A stretch of DNA of 64,000 bases from a bacterium (GTDB lineage: Bacteria > Patescibacteriota > Minisyncoccia > Moranbacterales > UBA2206), in assembly GCA_030654225.1 (NCBI GenBank), contig JAURXY010000015.1, positions 397 through 64,396 on the forward strand, written 5' to 3'. Positions within the stretch are counted from its first letter, which is position 1; each line of letters opens with the position of its first letter. Position numbers and translations under genes: made by a program. The notes beneath the pieces were generated by a model, which was given only the letters and a program-made list of their open reading frames with translations, was not told where the DNA came from and did no database searches. This document shows positions 55,693-64,000 of this stretch, in pieces.

Positions 55693-57330
55693 ATGAATAG
55701 ACTTAAAAAAATAGAAAATTGCCTCGTCAGTTTATTTGAAAAAAGAGCTAGTCTTTTGTCTTGGACAATGGCTTTTTTGGGTATTATTTTTATCAGAGGC
55801 TTTATCGAGCAGTTTATCGCTTTTTCCAAGCCTCTTTCTCCATATGAGTCAGTTTTGGAATATGTGCATAATTTTTATTTTTTTTCACTGGCAATTCTCT
55901 TGATTTGGCTTTTTCTAAGTGTTATTTTGAAAATTAATCCAAAAAAACTATCAGGAGTGCTTATTTTTGCTTCAATATTCGCTCTTTTCCCGCCGATTAT
56001 CGATATGATCAGAACTGGCGGAGAAGTTTATTGGAGCTTTTATCTTTTTAGCGCTCCGCGAGATTTATTTTGGCAATATATCACTATTTTTGGTCATTTA
56101 CCTAGTGCTATTGTCTATTTTGGCACTAAAATCGTCTTCGTTCTTGTTATTTTGCTAACGACTGCAGTTGTTTGGATAAAAAGTCGCAATATAGTAAGAA
56201 CAATCTTTTCATCGATAGCAGTTTATTCAATTCTGTTCTTTTTAGGAGCTTTTCCTTCCTTGTTTTTCTATGCTTTTTCTTTTGTAACGCGCCAAAATGA
56301 AATAATGCAGATTCAGCCCTATCAAATTGCTCAATTTTTTGGAGGAATAAGCCAAACAATGGGAATTGATTTTTCAGCTCTCCATTATGCGCTAGCTTTG
56401 GCTTATCGAATTGATTTTATTTATTTTTTCTTGTTAATTTTTTCACTTTCTATCTTGTTTTGGCTTATTGATCGCCAAAAATTTGTGGCTGTTTGGAAAA
56501 ATGCCCGTTTTCCTCAATTACTCTATCACAGCGGACTTTTTTTTATTGGAATAGCTATTGGATCGTTGAATTATAGAAATAATTTGCATCTGGATTTTTT
56601 TTCTATTCTTTCAGTTGGCGTGCTTCTTGTGAGTATTTGGCTGGCTTGGCTAGCATCAGTGGTGGTCAATGATCTCAATGATTTTGCGATAGATTCTGTT
56701 TCTAACCCGGAGCGGCCATTGCAAAAAAGAATTTTTATGCGAGAGGAATATGCTCATTTAGGCTGGGCTTTCTTCACTCTTTCGATCATTGGTACTCTTT
56801 CAATCGGCTTTTCTTTCACTGCACTGATTATCGTCTATCAGATAATTGCTTGGGTATATTCAGCCGAACCATTTCGTCTTAAAAAATTTCCTATAGTTGG
56901 GACATTTATAAGTTCTTTGGCGCTTCTGGTAATTTTATTTTTAGGTTATATTTTGATGTCTGATGGGCAAACTATTCATGCTCTGTCTAGCCGAATTATT
57001 TTCCTTATGCTTATTTCTGGCACAATTTGTCTCCCAATTAAGGATTTTAAGGATATTGCTGGAGATAAATATGATAATATTTGGACATTGCCAGTTATTT
57101 TTGGAGAAAAAAAAGCCCGCCTAATGGTGGCTGTGGGATTATTTGTTTCTTTTATGTTAAGCGTTTTTCTTTTGAATGAACTTGGTCTTTTCTATTGGGC
57201 AATCATTTTTGGTACGCTAGCTTTTTTGATAGTGGTCTCAGAAAAAATAAAACCGCGCCAAATATTCTGGCCGGTTTTGGGAATCCTCTTTATTTATGGG
57301 TTAGTGATGATAAAGATTTTATTCTTTTAG
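55693..57330 (+). CDS. UbiA-family prenyltransferase with an extra N-terminal membrane domain
   Basis: ND..D...D..SNP.RPL, YS..P.RLK, KDFKD..GD....I.TLP..FG. Confidence 0.85.
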   Translation: MNRLKKIENCLVSLFEKRASLLSWTMAFLGIIFIRGFIEQFIAFSKPLSPYESVLEYVHNFYFFSLAILLIWLFLSVILKINPKKLSGVLIFASIFALFPPIIDMIRTGGEVYWSFYLFSAPRDLFWQYITIFGHLPSAIVYFGTKIVFVLVILLTTAVVWIKSRNIVRTIFSSIAVYSILFFLGAFPSLFFYAFSFVTRQNEIMQIQPYQIAQFFGGISQTMGIDFSALHYALALAYRIDFIYFFLLIFSLSILFWLIDRQKFVAVWKNARFPQLLYHSGLFFIGIAIGSLNYRNNLHLDFFSILSVGVLLVSIWLAWLASVVVNDLNDFAIDSVSNPERPLQKRIFMREEYAHLGWAFFTLSIIGTLSIGFSFTALIIVYQIIAWVYSAEPFRLKKFPIVGTFISSLALLVILFLGYILMSDGQTIHALSSRIIFLMLISGTICLPIKDFKDIAGDKYDNIWTLPVIFGEKKARLMVAVGLFVSFMLSVFLLNELGLFYWAIIFGTLAFLIVVSEKIKPRQIFWPVLGILFIYGLVMIKILFF

Positions 57331-57331
57331 T

Positions 57332-57414
57332 ATCGATGCGAACAATGCGAATTTTATGCGAATGCCACGAATTTATTTGCATCATTCGCATGTCATTCGT
57401 AGATTAGCATCGCT
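57332..57414. repeat. Palindromic TGCGAA/TTCGCA cluster (empty site)
   Basis: CGATGCGAAC..TGCGAAT..TGCGAAT / ATTCGCAT..ATTCGTAG..GCATCG. Confidence 0.8.
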
Positions 57415-58217
57415 ATCTTTTTCCAATCTTCCACACTCAATTCTTGTGCTCTTTGATTTGGGGTTATGCCAATTTTTTTCAGTTTTTCTTCCACTTCTTT
57501 TTTATCTAATTTGAGACTAGCGGATAAATTATTGACCAGTGTTTTTCTTTTGGCCGAAAATCCCGCCTTCACAATTCTGAAAAAATGTTTCACCTCTTCT
57601 TTGTTGTTTATTATTTGTTGATTGTTAATCTTTGATATTTTAATCACAGCACTATCCACTTCCGGCACTGGAAAAAAACTTTTTTTGTTGACATAAAATA
57701 ATAATTCCGGCTTAGCATAATATTGAACACTCACAGCCAGAATGCTCATCTGTCCCACTCGCGCGCAAATACGCTCTGCTACTTCTTTTTGCACCATCAA
57801 AATCATTTCAGTTGGTGGAAACTTAGTTTCTAGAAAAAGTTGAATGATGGGCGAAGTAATGTAATATGGAATATTAGCAACAACTTTGTAGTTAATTTTT
57901 TCTTCTGTAGAGACGAGGCAGTGCCTCGTCTCTACCTTAAGTATTTCTGGTAAATTGATATTTAAAATATCAGCATTTATTATTTCTATTTTTTTACTAT
58001 CTTTGTATTGTTTTTTTAATTTGTTAGCTAGCGCACTATCAAGCTCAATAGCCAAAACTTTGCCAGCATGCTTAAATAATTTTTCCGTGAGCACGCCTTC
58101 TCCTGGTCCAATCTCAATCACAAGATCGTCCGATTTTAAGTTGGCGGATTGAATAATTTTTTCTAAAACATCTGTATCTCTTAGAAAATTTTGTCCTAAC
58201 GATTTTTTTGGTTTCAT
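57393..58217 (-). CDS. rsmA: 16S rRNA dimethyladenosine transferase
   Basis: KKSLGQNFL, EIGPGEG.LT, ANIPYYITSP, MVQKEVAER, F.P.P.VDSA. Confidence 0.96.
   Translation of the reverse strand: MKPKKSLGQNFLRDTDVLEKIIQSANLKSDDLVIEIGPGEGVLTEKLFKHAGKVLAIELDSALANKLKKQYKDSKKIEIINADILNINLPEILKVETRHCLVSTEEKINYKVVANIPYYITSPIIQLFLETKFPPTEMILMVQKEVAERICARVGQMSILAVSVQYYAKPELLFYVNKKSFFPVPEVDSAVIKISKINNQQIINNKEEVKHFFRIVKAGFSAKRKTLVNNLSASLKLDKKEVEEKLKKIGITPNQRAQELSVEDWKKIAMLIYE
57907..57935. repeat. GTAG-family REP inside rsmA
   Basis: GTAGAGACGAGGCA-G-TGCCTCGTCTCTAC perfect palindrome, translated as VETRHCLVST. Confidence 0.82.
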
Positions 58218-58220
58218 ATG

Positions 58221-58272
58221 TTTTTCCTAAAGCTCGGCTTTTAAAATTCCTAAAGCCGAGCTTTAGGAAAAA
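58221..58272. repeat. Perfect 21-bp inverted repeat
   Basis: TTTTTCCTAAAGCTCGGCTTT / AAAGCCGAGCTTTAGGAAAAA. Confidence 0.8.
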
Positions 58273-58274
58273 AG

Positions 58275-59222
58275 CTAATTTAGCACTTCCTCCACCTTCA
58301 CCCCAATTACTCCAGCGCCAAGACTTGCAATCTTAGCGAAAGCCACCTTGTCTAGATCTATTATACGCCCTTTTCCTTGTGGTCCATAATCATTGATTTG
58401 CACTACGATGGATTTGCCGTTGGCGGTGTTGGTTACCTTGGCATAGTTTCCCCGTGGAATCGTTGTGCTAGCGGCAAACATTCCACCTTTCCAAGCATAC
58501 CATGTTCCTTGTCCCTTGGCAGCTCCACCCAGTTTCATATAGGTTCCTTGGACTTCTATTTGAGTGACCGGTTCAGCTAATATTTTTTGAGAAAGTTTTA
58601 TCCGAGAAATTTCTTTGCCATTTTTATAGGTTATTTTGTAAACTATTTCTTTGACTCCTTTGACTCCAGCCGTTTCAATTTTTTTCTCCCGCCAACCAAG
58701 TTTGGAAGCAGTTTTTTGAGTTGTCTTGAAATCGATTTCTTCTTTTTCTGTTTTTTCTTCGATATTAATTCTTGTCACAATAATTTCCGAATTGTTTTCT
58801 ACTGGAAAATTTAGTCGTGGTTCAGTTTTGTCTAGGCGCGTGAGCGTAATGTTGTTTTCTTCCAATGCTTCGCCAATATTTTTCCCCAGCGCATAAGTTT
58901 CAATTGTTTTTCCATCGACCTCAATTTTTATCTTAGCTGCTCGTTGAATTTTAATTTTTGAACCGGAAAAAATCTTCGCATTAATTTCCGGAATAATCTG
59001 ATCATGTTCAGTTATTTTTATATTTTTATCTTTAAGAAAATCGGAAATTGAATTGGCGGAAGTTGAACTTTTAAAAACCAGCCCATTGTCATTCGTAGTA
59101 ATTATTTTTTTATAATTCTCAAAATTTAATTCTCGACTAGGGGTTTTAAGGAAAAAATAAAAAATACAGTAAAAAAATAAAAGTACGATAAGTATCAGCA
59201 AAATTCTTTTTTTAGGGGTCAT
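58275..59222 (-). CDS. YabE/RpfB-like protein: DUF348 + G5 + RlpA-like double-psi barrel
   Basis: D...P DUF348 repeats; G..G...I.Y...Y.NG.E G5; V.N..NGKS.VV.IND.GP...GRIIDL...AF. Confidence 0.85.
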   Translation of the reverse strand: MTPKKRILLILIVLLFFYCIFYFFLKTPSRELNFENYKKIITTNDNGLVFKSSTSANSISDFLKDKNIKITEHDQIIPEINAKIFSGSKIKIQRAAKIKIEVDGKTIETYALGKNIGEALEENNITLTRLDKTEPRLNFPVENNSEIIVTRINIEEKTEKEEIDFKTTQKTASKLGWREKKIETAGVKGVKEIVYKITYKNGKEISRIKLSQKILAEPVTQIEVQGTYMKLGGAAKGQGTWYAWKGGMFAASTTIPRGNYAKVTNTANGKSIVVQINDYGPQGKGRIIDLDKVAFAKIASLGAGVIGVKVEEVLN

Positions 59223-59239
59223 TTTTTATCAATTATTTT

Positions 59240-60769
59240 TTATTCCGCCTTAAATCGATATTGCAAAGCTTCGGCGATGTGGGCGGGGGAAATTTTTTCG
59301 GCAAGTCCGAGATCGGCGATAGTGCGGGCGACTTTGATGATGCGATAGTAGGCGCGGGCGCTCAGGTGAAAATTGGAAACAGCTGATTTCATAAGTTCCA
59401 ATGATTCAGGCGTAAGCCGGCAGAAATTTTTGATTTGTTCACTGCCCATTTCACTATTGGAAATAGTTGTTGAATTTTGAAATCTTTCTTTTTGAATAGC
59501 GCGAGCTTTTTCGACGCGAACTCGAATGTCGCAAGATTTTTCTCCAAGGACGGCATCTTCGGAAAGTTTTTCAAATTTAATGCGCGGGACTTCGACGTGG
59601 AGATCGATTCTGTCCATAATCGGTCCGGAAATTTTTCGTTGATATTTTATGATCGAAGCTGGATTGCAGACACAAGTTTTTTCTGGATCGGTGGCGTTGC
59701 CACAGGGGCAAGGATTCATAGCGGCGACCAAAGTAAACCTCGCTGGAAATTCCATTGTGCCTTGGGCGCGAGAAATTGTTATTATCCCATCTTCCAATGG
59801 TTGTCTCAAATTTTCCAAAACAGCGCGAGAAAATTCAGGAAATTCATCAAGAAAAAGAATTCCGCGATGAGAAAGGCTAATTTCTCCTGGGCGTGGAAAA
59901 GTTCCTCCGCCAACCAAAGAAACCGAAGAAGCACTGTGATGAGGCGAGCGAAATTGTCGTTTAGTGATGAGCGCGCTGGAACGCTTGAGCTGTCCCGCAA
60001 TGGAAAATATCTTTGTCACTTCCAAGGCTTCGGGAATAGTGAGTTTGGGCAAAATTGAAGGCATTGTTTTGGCCAAGAGTGTTTTGCCACTCCCAGGAGG
60101 GCCATTCAAAATCACATTGTGTCCTCCGGCAGCTGCAATTTCCAGCGCGCGCTTAGCATGTTCTTGTCCACGAACATGTGACATATCCACGAGATAATCA
60201 TCATAAGAAAAAAGTTCTTCCAAGTTTATTTTTTCAGCCGGAATAATTTTTTGTTCTCCGGAAAGATGATCGATAAGTTCGATGAGAGTGGACACGGGAA
60301 AAATTTCCACACCTTCTATGACAGATGCCTCAACGGCGTTGTCTTTGGGGATATATAGTTCTTTGATGTTTTTTTCTTTGGCCAAAAGCGCCATTGGAAG
60401 CACTCCTTTGACCCCGCGTACTTTTCCATCCAGCGACAATTCGCCTAAAAATATTTTGTCTTTGAAATCAAATGTCAATTGATCCGTGGCCAAAAGAAAA
60501 CCCAGCGCAATTGGCAAATCATAAATAGGACCTTCTTTTTTGAGATCCGCAGGAGCTAAATTGACCGTCACTCGTCCGGCGCGATGAGGTGGCAAGAATC
60601 CGGAATTTCGAATAGCTGCGCTTACGCGATCGCGAGATTCTTTGATGGCCGTGTCGGGCAGTCCAACGATATTAAATTGATGAAGGCCGGCAGAAACTGT
60701 GTCAGCTTCCACTTCTACAATTTCACTTTTGAGACCAACTGTCGCAGCCGAAAAAACTTTACTAGACAT
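59240..60769 (-). CDS. comM: YifB/ComM Mg-chelatase-like ATPase
   Basis: IVGLPD.AI.ES..RV, NLAPAD..K.G, GPPGSGKT, R.PHHS, PGEISL.H.G.LFLDE, MNPCPCG. Confidence 0.93.
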   Translation of the reverse strand: MSSKVFSAATVGLKSEIVEVEADTVSAGLHQFNIVGLPDTAIKESRDRVSAAIRNSGFLPPHRAGRVTVNLAPADLKKEGPIYDLPIALGFLLATDQLTFDFKDKIFLGELSLDGKVRGVKGVLPMALLAKEKNIKELYIPKDNAVEASVIEGVEIFPVSTLIELIDHLSGEQKIIPAEKINLEELFSYDDYLVDMSHVRGQEHAKRALEIAAAGGHNVILNGPPGSGKTLLAKTMPSILPKLTIPEALEVTKIFSIAGQLKRSSALITKRQFRSPHHSASSVSLVGGGTFPRPGEISLSHRGILFLDEFPEFSRAVLENLRQPLEDGIITISRAQGTMEFPARFTLVAAMNPCPCGNATDPEKTCVCNPASIIKYQRKISGPIMDRIDLHVEVPRIKFEKLSEDAVLGEKSCDIRVRVEKARAIQKERFQNSTTISNSEMGSEQIKNFCRLTPESLELMKSAVSNFHLSARAYYRIIKVARTIADLGLAEKISPAHIAEALQYRFKAE

Positions 60770-60770
60770 A

Positions 60771-60853
60771 AATCAGTGATCAATAATCAATGATCAGCGA
60801 ACAATAAAAACGAAATAATTATATTTATTGATCATTGATCTTTGGTCATTGTT
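60771..60853. repeat. Palindromic heptamer (TCAATGA/TCATTGA) cluster (empty site)
   Basis: GATCAATAATCAATGATCAG...TTGATCATTGATCTTTGGTCATTG. Confidence 0.72.
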
Positions 60854-61293
60854 ACTATTAATATTGTTATCACTCCTATTGTAATATAAATATCCGCCAA
60901 ATTAAATACCGGCCAGAATTTTAGATCTATAAAATCAATGACACAACCAATACAAAGCCTGTCGATAATGTTTGATATTCCCCCAGATAAAATTAAAATA
61001 GTTGCTATTAAGTTAATCTTGTTTAAATTTCTAATTTCTAACCTGCCTCGCCGGCAGGCGGGTTTCCAATTTCTAATCAAATTTCCAATTTTAAATTTAA
61101 AATTATAGATAAATAAAAATAAAGTAATTAATAATATAGCCGAAATAATTATATACGGACTTAATCCGAATGCCAAATCTTTATTACAAATATAAAATCC
61201 GCCTTTGGTGCGGATGATATATTTTGAAATCTGATCAAGAAAAATCAGGAAAGAAAAAATAAAAAAATATATTGTTTTTTTATATTTATACAT
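60832..61293 (-). CDS. lspA: Lipoprotein signal peptidase
   Basis: LDQISK, N...AFG, GG.SN..DR, VIDF, VFNLAD; contains a repeat-derived insertion. Confidence 0.85.
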   Translation of the reverse strand: MYKYKKTIYFFIFSFLIFLDQISKYIIRTKGGFYICNKDLAFGLSPYIIISAILLITLFLFIYNFKFKIGNLIRNWKPACRRGRLEIRNLNKINLIATILILSGGISNIIDRLCIGCVIDFIDLKFWPVFNLADIYITIGVITILIVTMTKDQ

Positions 61294-61343
61294 TCTTAGT
61301 GATATTATTCGCATGGGCGCATTCGTAGCGCGCTATTCGCATG

Positions 61344-61697
61344 CTAACAGTCAAGACAAACTCGTGCACTTGGATTAACTCGAAGTCTTTCCAGCGGAAT
61401 ATCCTTGGCACAATTTTCGCATTTTCCATAAGTACCTTTTTCTTGTTTTTCCAAAGCTTCAAGCACATCTTGTAATTGTTTTTCTAGAGAAGTTTCCACT
61501 GATAAATTTTGAGAATATTGATCAACTTCTGTTGCATTGTCATCTTTGTCAGTTCCAAGCTCCTCAAAAGAAGTTTCATAATCGCCCTCTTTTTTGTTGA
61601 TCGGTTTTGCAATGCGCCCTAAATTTTTTTCTAATTCTTCTTTTTCTCGAAGAAGCATCACTCTCAGTTCACCTAATGTTTTTTGGTCGATGGCCAT
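61344..61697 (-). CDS. TraR/DksA C4 zinc-finger protein
   Basis: Coiled coil; AL.K...GTYG.CENC...I..ERL...P.A..C..C. Confidence 0.9.
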   Translation of the reverse strand: MAIDQKTLGELRVMLLREKEELEKNLGRIAKPINKKEGDYETSFEELGTDKDDNATEVDQYSQNLSVETSLEKQLQDVLEALEKQEKGTYGKCENCAKDIPLERLRVNPSARVCLDC

Positions 61698-61764
61698 AAA
61701 TTTATCTTAATCTAATTATTACTTATCTCAATACAATTTTAGCAGAGAAAAAGTTTGGTGTCTA

Positions 61765-62148
61765 TCAGAGGCTAGGAATATGTTTTATCTTAGATTCTCC
61801 TGTTTCATTACTAATCCAAACAGAAATAGCGTCAAAGCGATAGGGTGCATTATTTAGATTCTTAATTCGCAGGTAAACACTAGCAATTTTGTTGAGTTTT
61901 CGCAGTTTGGCGCTTGTGATATTCTCCTCCGGCAGGGTATCTTTATATTTTTCGTAGTCCCTGGTCTTTACTTCCACAAAAACAATTTCACTATTTCTCA
62001 ATTCTTTGGCGATAATATCAATTTCTCCCAATCTTCGGCCAAGATTATTTTGAAAATTACGGTCTAGGATTTTGTAGCCATTATCTCGTAGGAATTTTAC
62101 CGCCGCCTCTTCACCGAGAAAGCCTAGGTTTTGTTTGGGTGCTAACAT
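61765..62148 (-). CDS. yraN: YraN-family (UPF0102) nuclease-like protein
   Basis: G..GE..A..FL...GY.IL.RN, GEIDIIA, VFVEVKTR, RFD. Confidence 0.92.
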   Translation of the reverse strand: MLAPKQNLGFLGEEAAVKFLRDNGYKILDRNFQNNLGRRLGEIDIIAKELRNSEIVFVEVKTRDYEKYKDTLPEENITSAKLRKLNKIASVYLRIKNLNNAPYRFDAISVWISNETGESKIKHIPSL

Positions 62149-62169
62149 AAATTCTTTCTTTACTAATTA

Positions 62170-62213
62170 CCCGCCTCGCGTCGACGAGCAATCGTCTTGC
62201 GAGTCGAGGCGGG
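62170..62213. repeat. CCCGCCTCG...CGAGGCGGG palindrome inserted in TACTAAT repeats
   Basis: GC-rich hairpin between TACTAATTAC and TAATCAAATACTAATATACTAAT. Confidence 0.72.
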
Positions 62214-62287
62214 CTAATCAAATACTAATATACTAATTTTGTTTATATTAGTATATTCGTACAAAATTCGTAATTCGTAAAGAGGTA

Positions 62288-62315
62288 ACAAAAAACACCC
62301 CAATCTTAGGTGCTT
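62288..62315 (-). terminator. Intrinsic terminator
   Basis: Minus strand AAGCACC-TAAGATTGG-GGTGTTT followed by TTT. Confidence 0.65.
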
Positions 62316-62840
62316 CAAAATCAAAATAATAAAATTCTCTAGCTTCACCCGCCCGATTACGCATAAGGCCTGCCCGTAATGCTACGCACAAGCGTTGCAG
62401 GCGGGTATGGTAACCAGGCGCTTCAAACGCCCGAAATAAAAATTATAGGCTGGAAGCGCCCGGTGTTTGTCATGTATTAACATATAATACGGAAATTTTT
62501 TAGCCCGGGTGAGAGGCATCGAAATTATAATATATATGTATTTTATATACATGCCACTGTTTTTAAGCATTTCCTGACTTTTTTTAATGCTTCTTCTTCT
62601 ACCGTCCTCTGGCACAAGGCCTTTGGTTTTTATAAAGAACTTATTTTTTATTTTTTGTTTTTATTTTAATAAAAAATGTTTTTGTTTTTGTTTTGGGTCT
62701 CCAAGGTCAGAAATCTTGGAGCGATCTCGACGCGTTGGTCGGGATACTTGGACAGCAGAATAGTTTTCAATCGTAAATAGGGGGAAATTACGATTGAAAA
62801 CTATTCTGCCATACCGCTGCGCAAGTTTTTAATGTTCAAT
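62288..62840 (-). ncRNA. Candidate ~550-nt structured ncRNA
   Basis: Near-consensus promoter at 62847-62875, terminator at 62288-62315, many stems, no credible ORF. Confidence 0.58.
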
Positions 62841-62846
62841 ATAACT

Positions 62847-62875
62847 ATTATATCAAAAAAATTAGTAAAAGTCAA
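62847..62875 (-). promoter_or_regulatory. Near-consensus sigma70 promoter
   Basis: TTGACT (62875-62870)-17 nt-TATAAT (62852-62847). Confidence 0.78.
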
Positions 62876-63019
62876 TTATTCGCATGAATAATAGCTAAAA
62901 AAACCTTTATATGCGCTGTTAAGTGATATTTTTTGAATACTTTTTATTTTTTATTCTTAAAAAATAAAAAATATCTATTTTTTAAATAAAAATTCTTTGT
63001 TTTTTGAGTTATCCACAGG

Positions 63020-63991
63020 TTATTCAGACAATCGATCTAAACTTGAAAATAGGGTGGTTTTGGTGGTTCCAATGACTAATTTATTCCCAATAGTCGCATA
63101 ATCTATGGCATAATCATCAGCTGAAGTGATATTCGCATAGCGGACAGCATGATTTTTGTATGTAGTAGAAGAAAAAGTGCTTATAGCAGGCGCAGTTATA
63201 GTAGGATAAAGTGGGGATAAGCTAACTGGAAGATTTTTTTCTTCTTTTGCGAGGGCGGTTTTCATGAGATTGTCGTTTAGTGTCGTCAAAAGTAGTCCAA
63301 ATCTGGTTTTATCGCCATAATTGTAAATATAAAGACTAAAATCTTGGCCGATTTGAGCGGATATTGCGGATGTCAGCTTTAAGCCTAGGGTTTCAGCAAA
63401 GTCTTGAAAAGTGACAGGGGTATTAGTTTCATCAGTTATTAGGAATTCAAAAACCCCTATTTCATTCGTCGCTAAAACTTTGGTAGCATAATTACCTAGT
63501 GTTTGTTTAAGGTTTTCAGTAGTCGCTTGTGTCAGATCGATTTGTAGATAATTGGAGTTTTGGGAGGATAATACTGAGGTTGTTTCCGTTTTCTCTTCTG
63601 GTAAAATTGTTTCCGGCTCAGCTGTGATAATATTTTGTTCTGATGGAGTAGACAAACGAGTCATCCAAAAATAATATCCACCAGCGCTAGCAATTATAAT
63701 GACAAAAATTAAAAATGAAAATGATGCAATTTTGTGCAAATTAATATCTTCCGGAGAGTATTCTTTTTTTGGAGTGGAGTTAATTTTCTTATCAAAAGAA
63801 TCATTTGGTAAGATATTTTTATTTTGGGGTTCTTTTGAAATTAGATGTGGGGCTGTGTTTACGTTGAACATTTGATCTGGATAATTTTTTCTTTCGAGTG
63901 CTTCCGGAAATGCTTTGTTGTTTTTTGTGGCTACAGGCGCAACCTCGCTGTCTGTTTTTAGGAAGGAGAAAAAGCTGTTAGAATTTTTCAT
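63020..63991 (-). CDS. Single-TM hypothetical protein; may start outside the window
   Basis: 323-aa ORF with a central TM (GGYYFW) and an extracellular domain. Confidence 0.7.
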   Translation of the reverse strand: MKNSNSFFSFLKTDSEVAPVATKNNKAFPEALERKNYPDQMFNVNTAPHLISKEPQNKNILPNDSFDKKINSTPKKEYSPEDINLHKIASFSFLIFVIIIASAGGYYFWMTRLSTPSEQNIITAEPETILPEEKTETTSVLSSQNSNYLQIDLTQATTENLKQTLGNYATKVLATNEIGVFEFLITDETNTPVTFQDFAETLGLKLTSAISAQIGQDFSLYIYNYGDKTRFGLLLTTLNDNLMKTALAKEEKNLPVSLSPLYPTITAPAISTFSSTTYKNHAVRYANITSADDYAIDYATIGNKLVIGTTKTTLFSSLDRLSE

Positions 63992-64000
63992 GGATTGTTT

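Noticed and set aside
966-60793. Many antisense or overlapping ORFs in the track (e.g. 966-1421, 28566-28961, 43272-43721, 59477-60058)
   Set aside because: Shadows of well-supported genes, with no motifs of their own.
62382-62615. 77-aa ORF in the track
   Set aside because: GTG start, runs through hairpins and a REP insert, no recognisable motif; better explained as ncRNA.

Overview
AT-rich bacterial chromosome segment using the standard code (TGA is a stop). It spans the replication origin (dnaN-dnaA / rpmH-rnpA-yidC-jag, with DnaA boxes). Gene content points to a Patescibacteria/CPR (Parcubacteria-like) organism; this is an inference. Housekeeping genes (ruvB, yebC, ruvC, class A PBP, trxB, rsmA, comM, lspA) are interleaved with accessory DNA: (i) an IS256-variant IS with a -1 frameshift, inserted in what looks like a ~420-nt structured non-coding RNA; (ii) a 4.2-kb island between yebC and ruvC carrying an ATPase, an AbiE toxin-antitoxin pair and an integrase-less, integron-like array whose attC-like sites each appear to enclose a whole gene; (iii) a five-gene operon with three ATP-grasp ligases; (iv) a glycosylation cluster; (v) a ~17-kb CPR-type T4SS/pilin locus including a pilin-lytic transglycosylase fusion; (vi) a second ORF-free ~550-nt structured transcription unit; and (vii) many palindromic repeats, including two families found both empty and enclosing a GxxExxY or four-helix-bundle gene. 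I saw no tRNA, rRNA or CRISPR array. All family assignments come from motif recognition by eye, not database searches.
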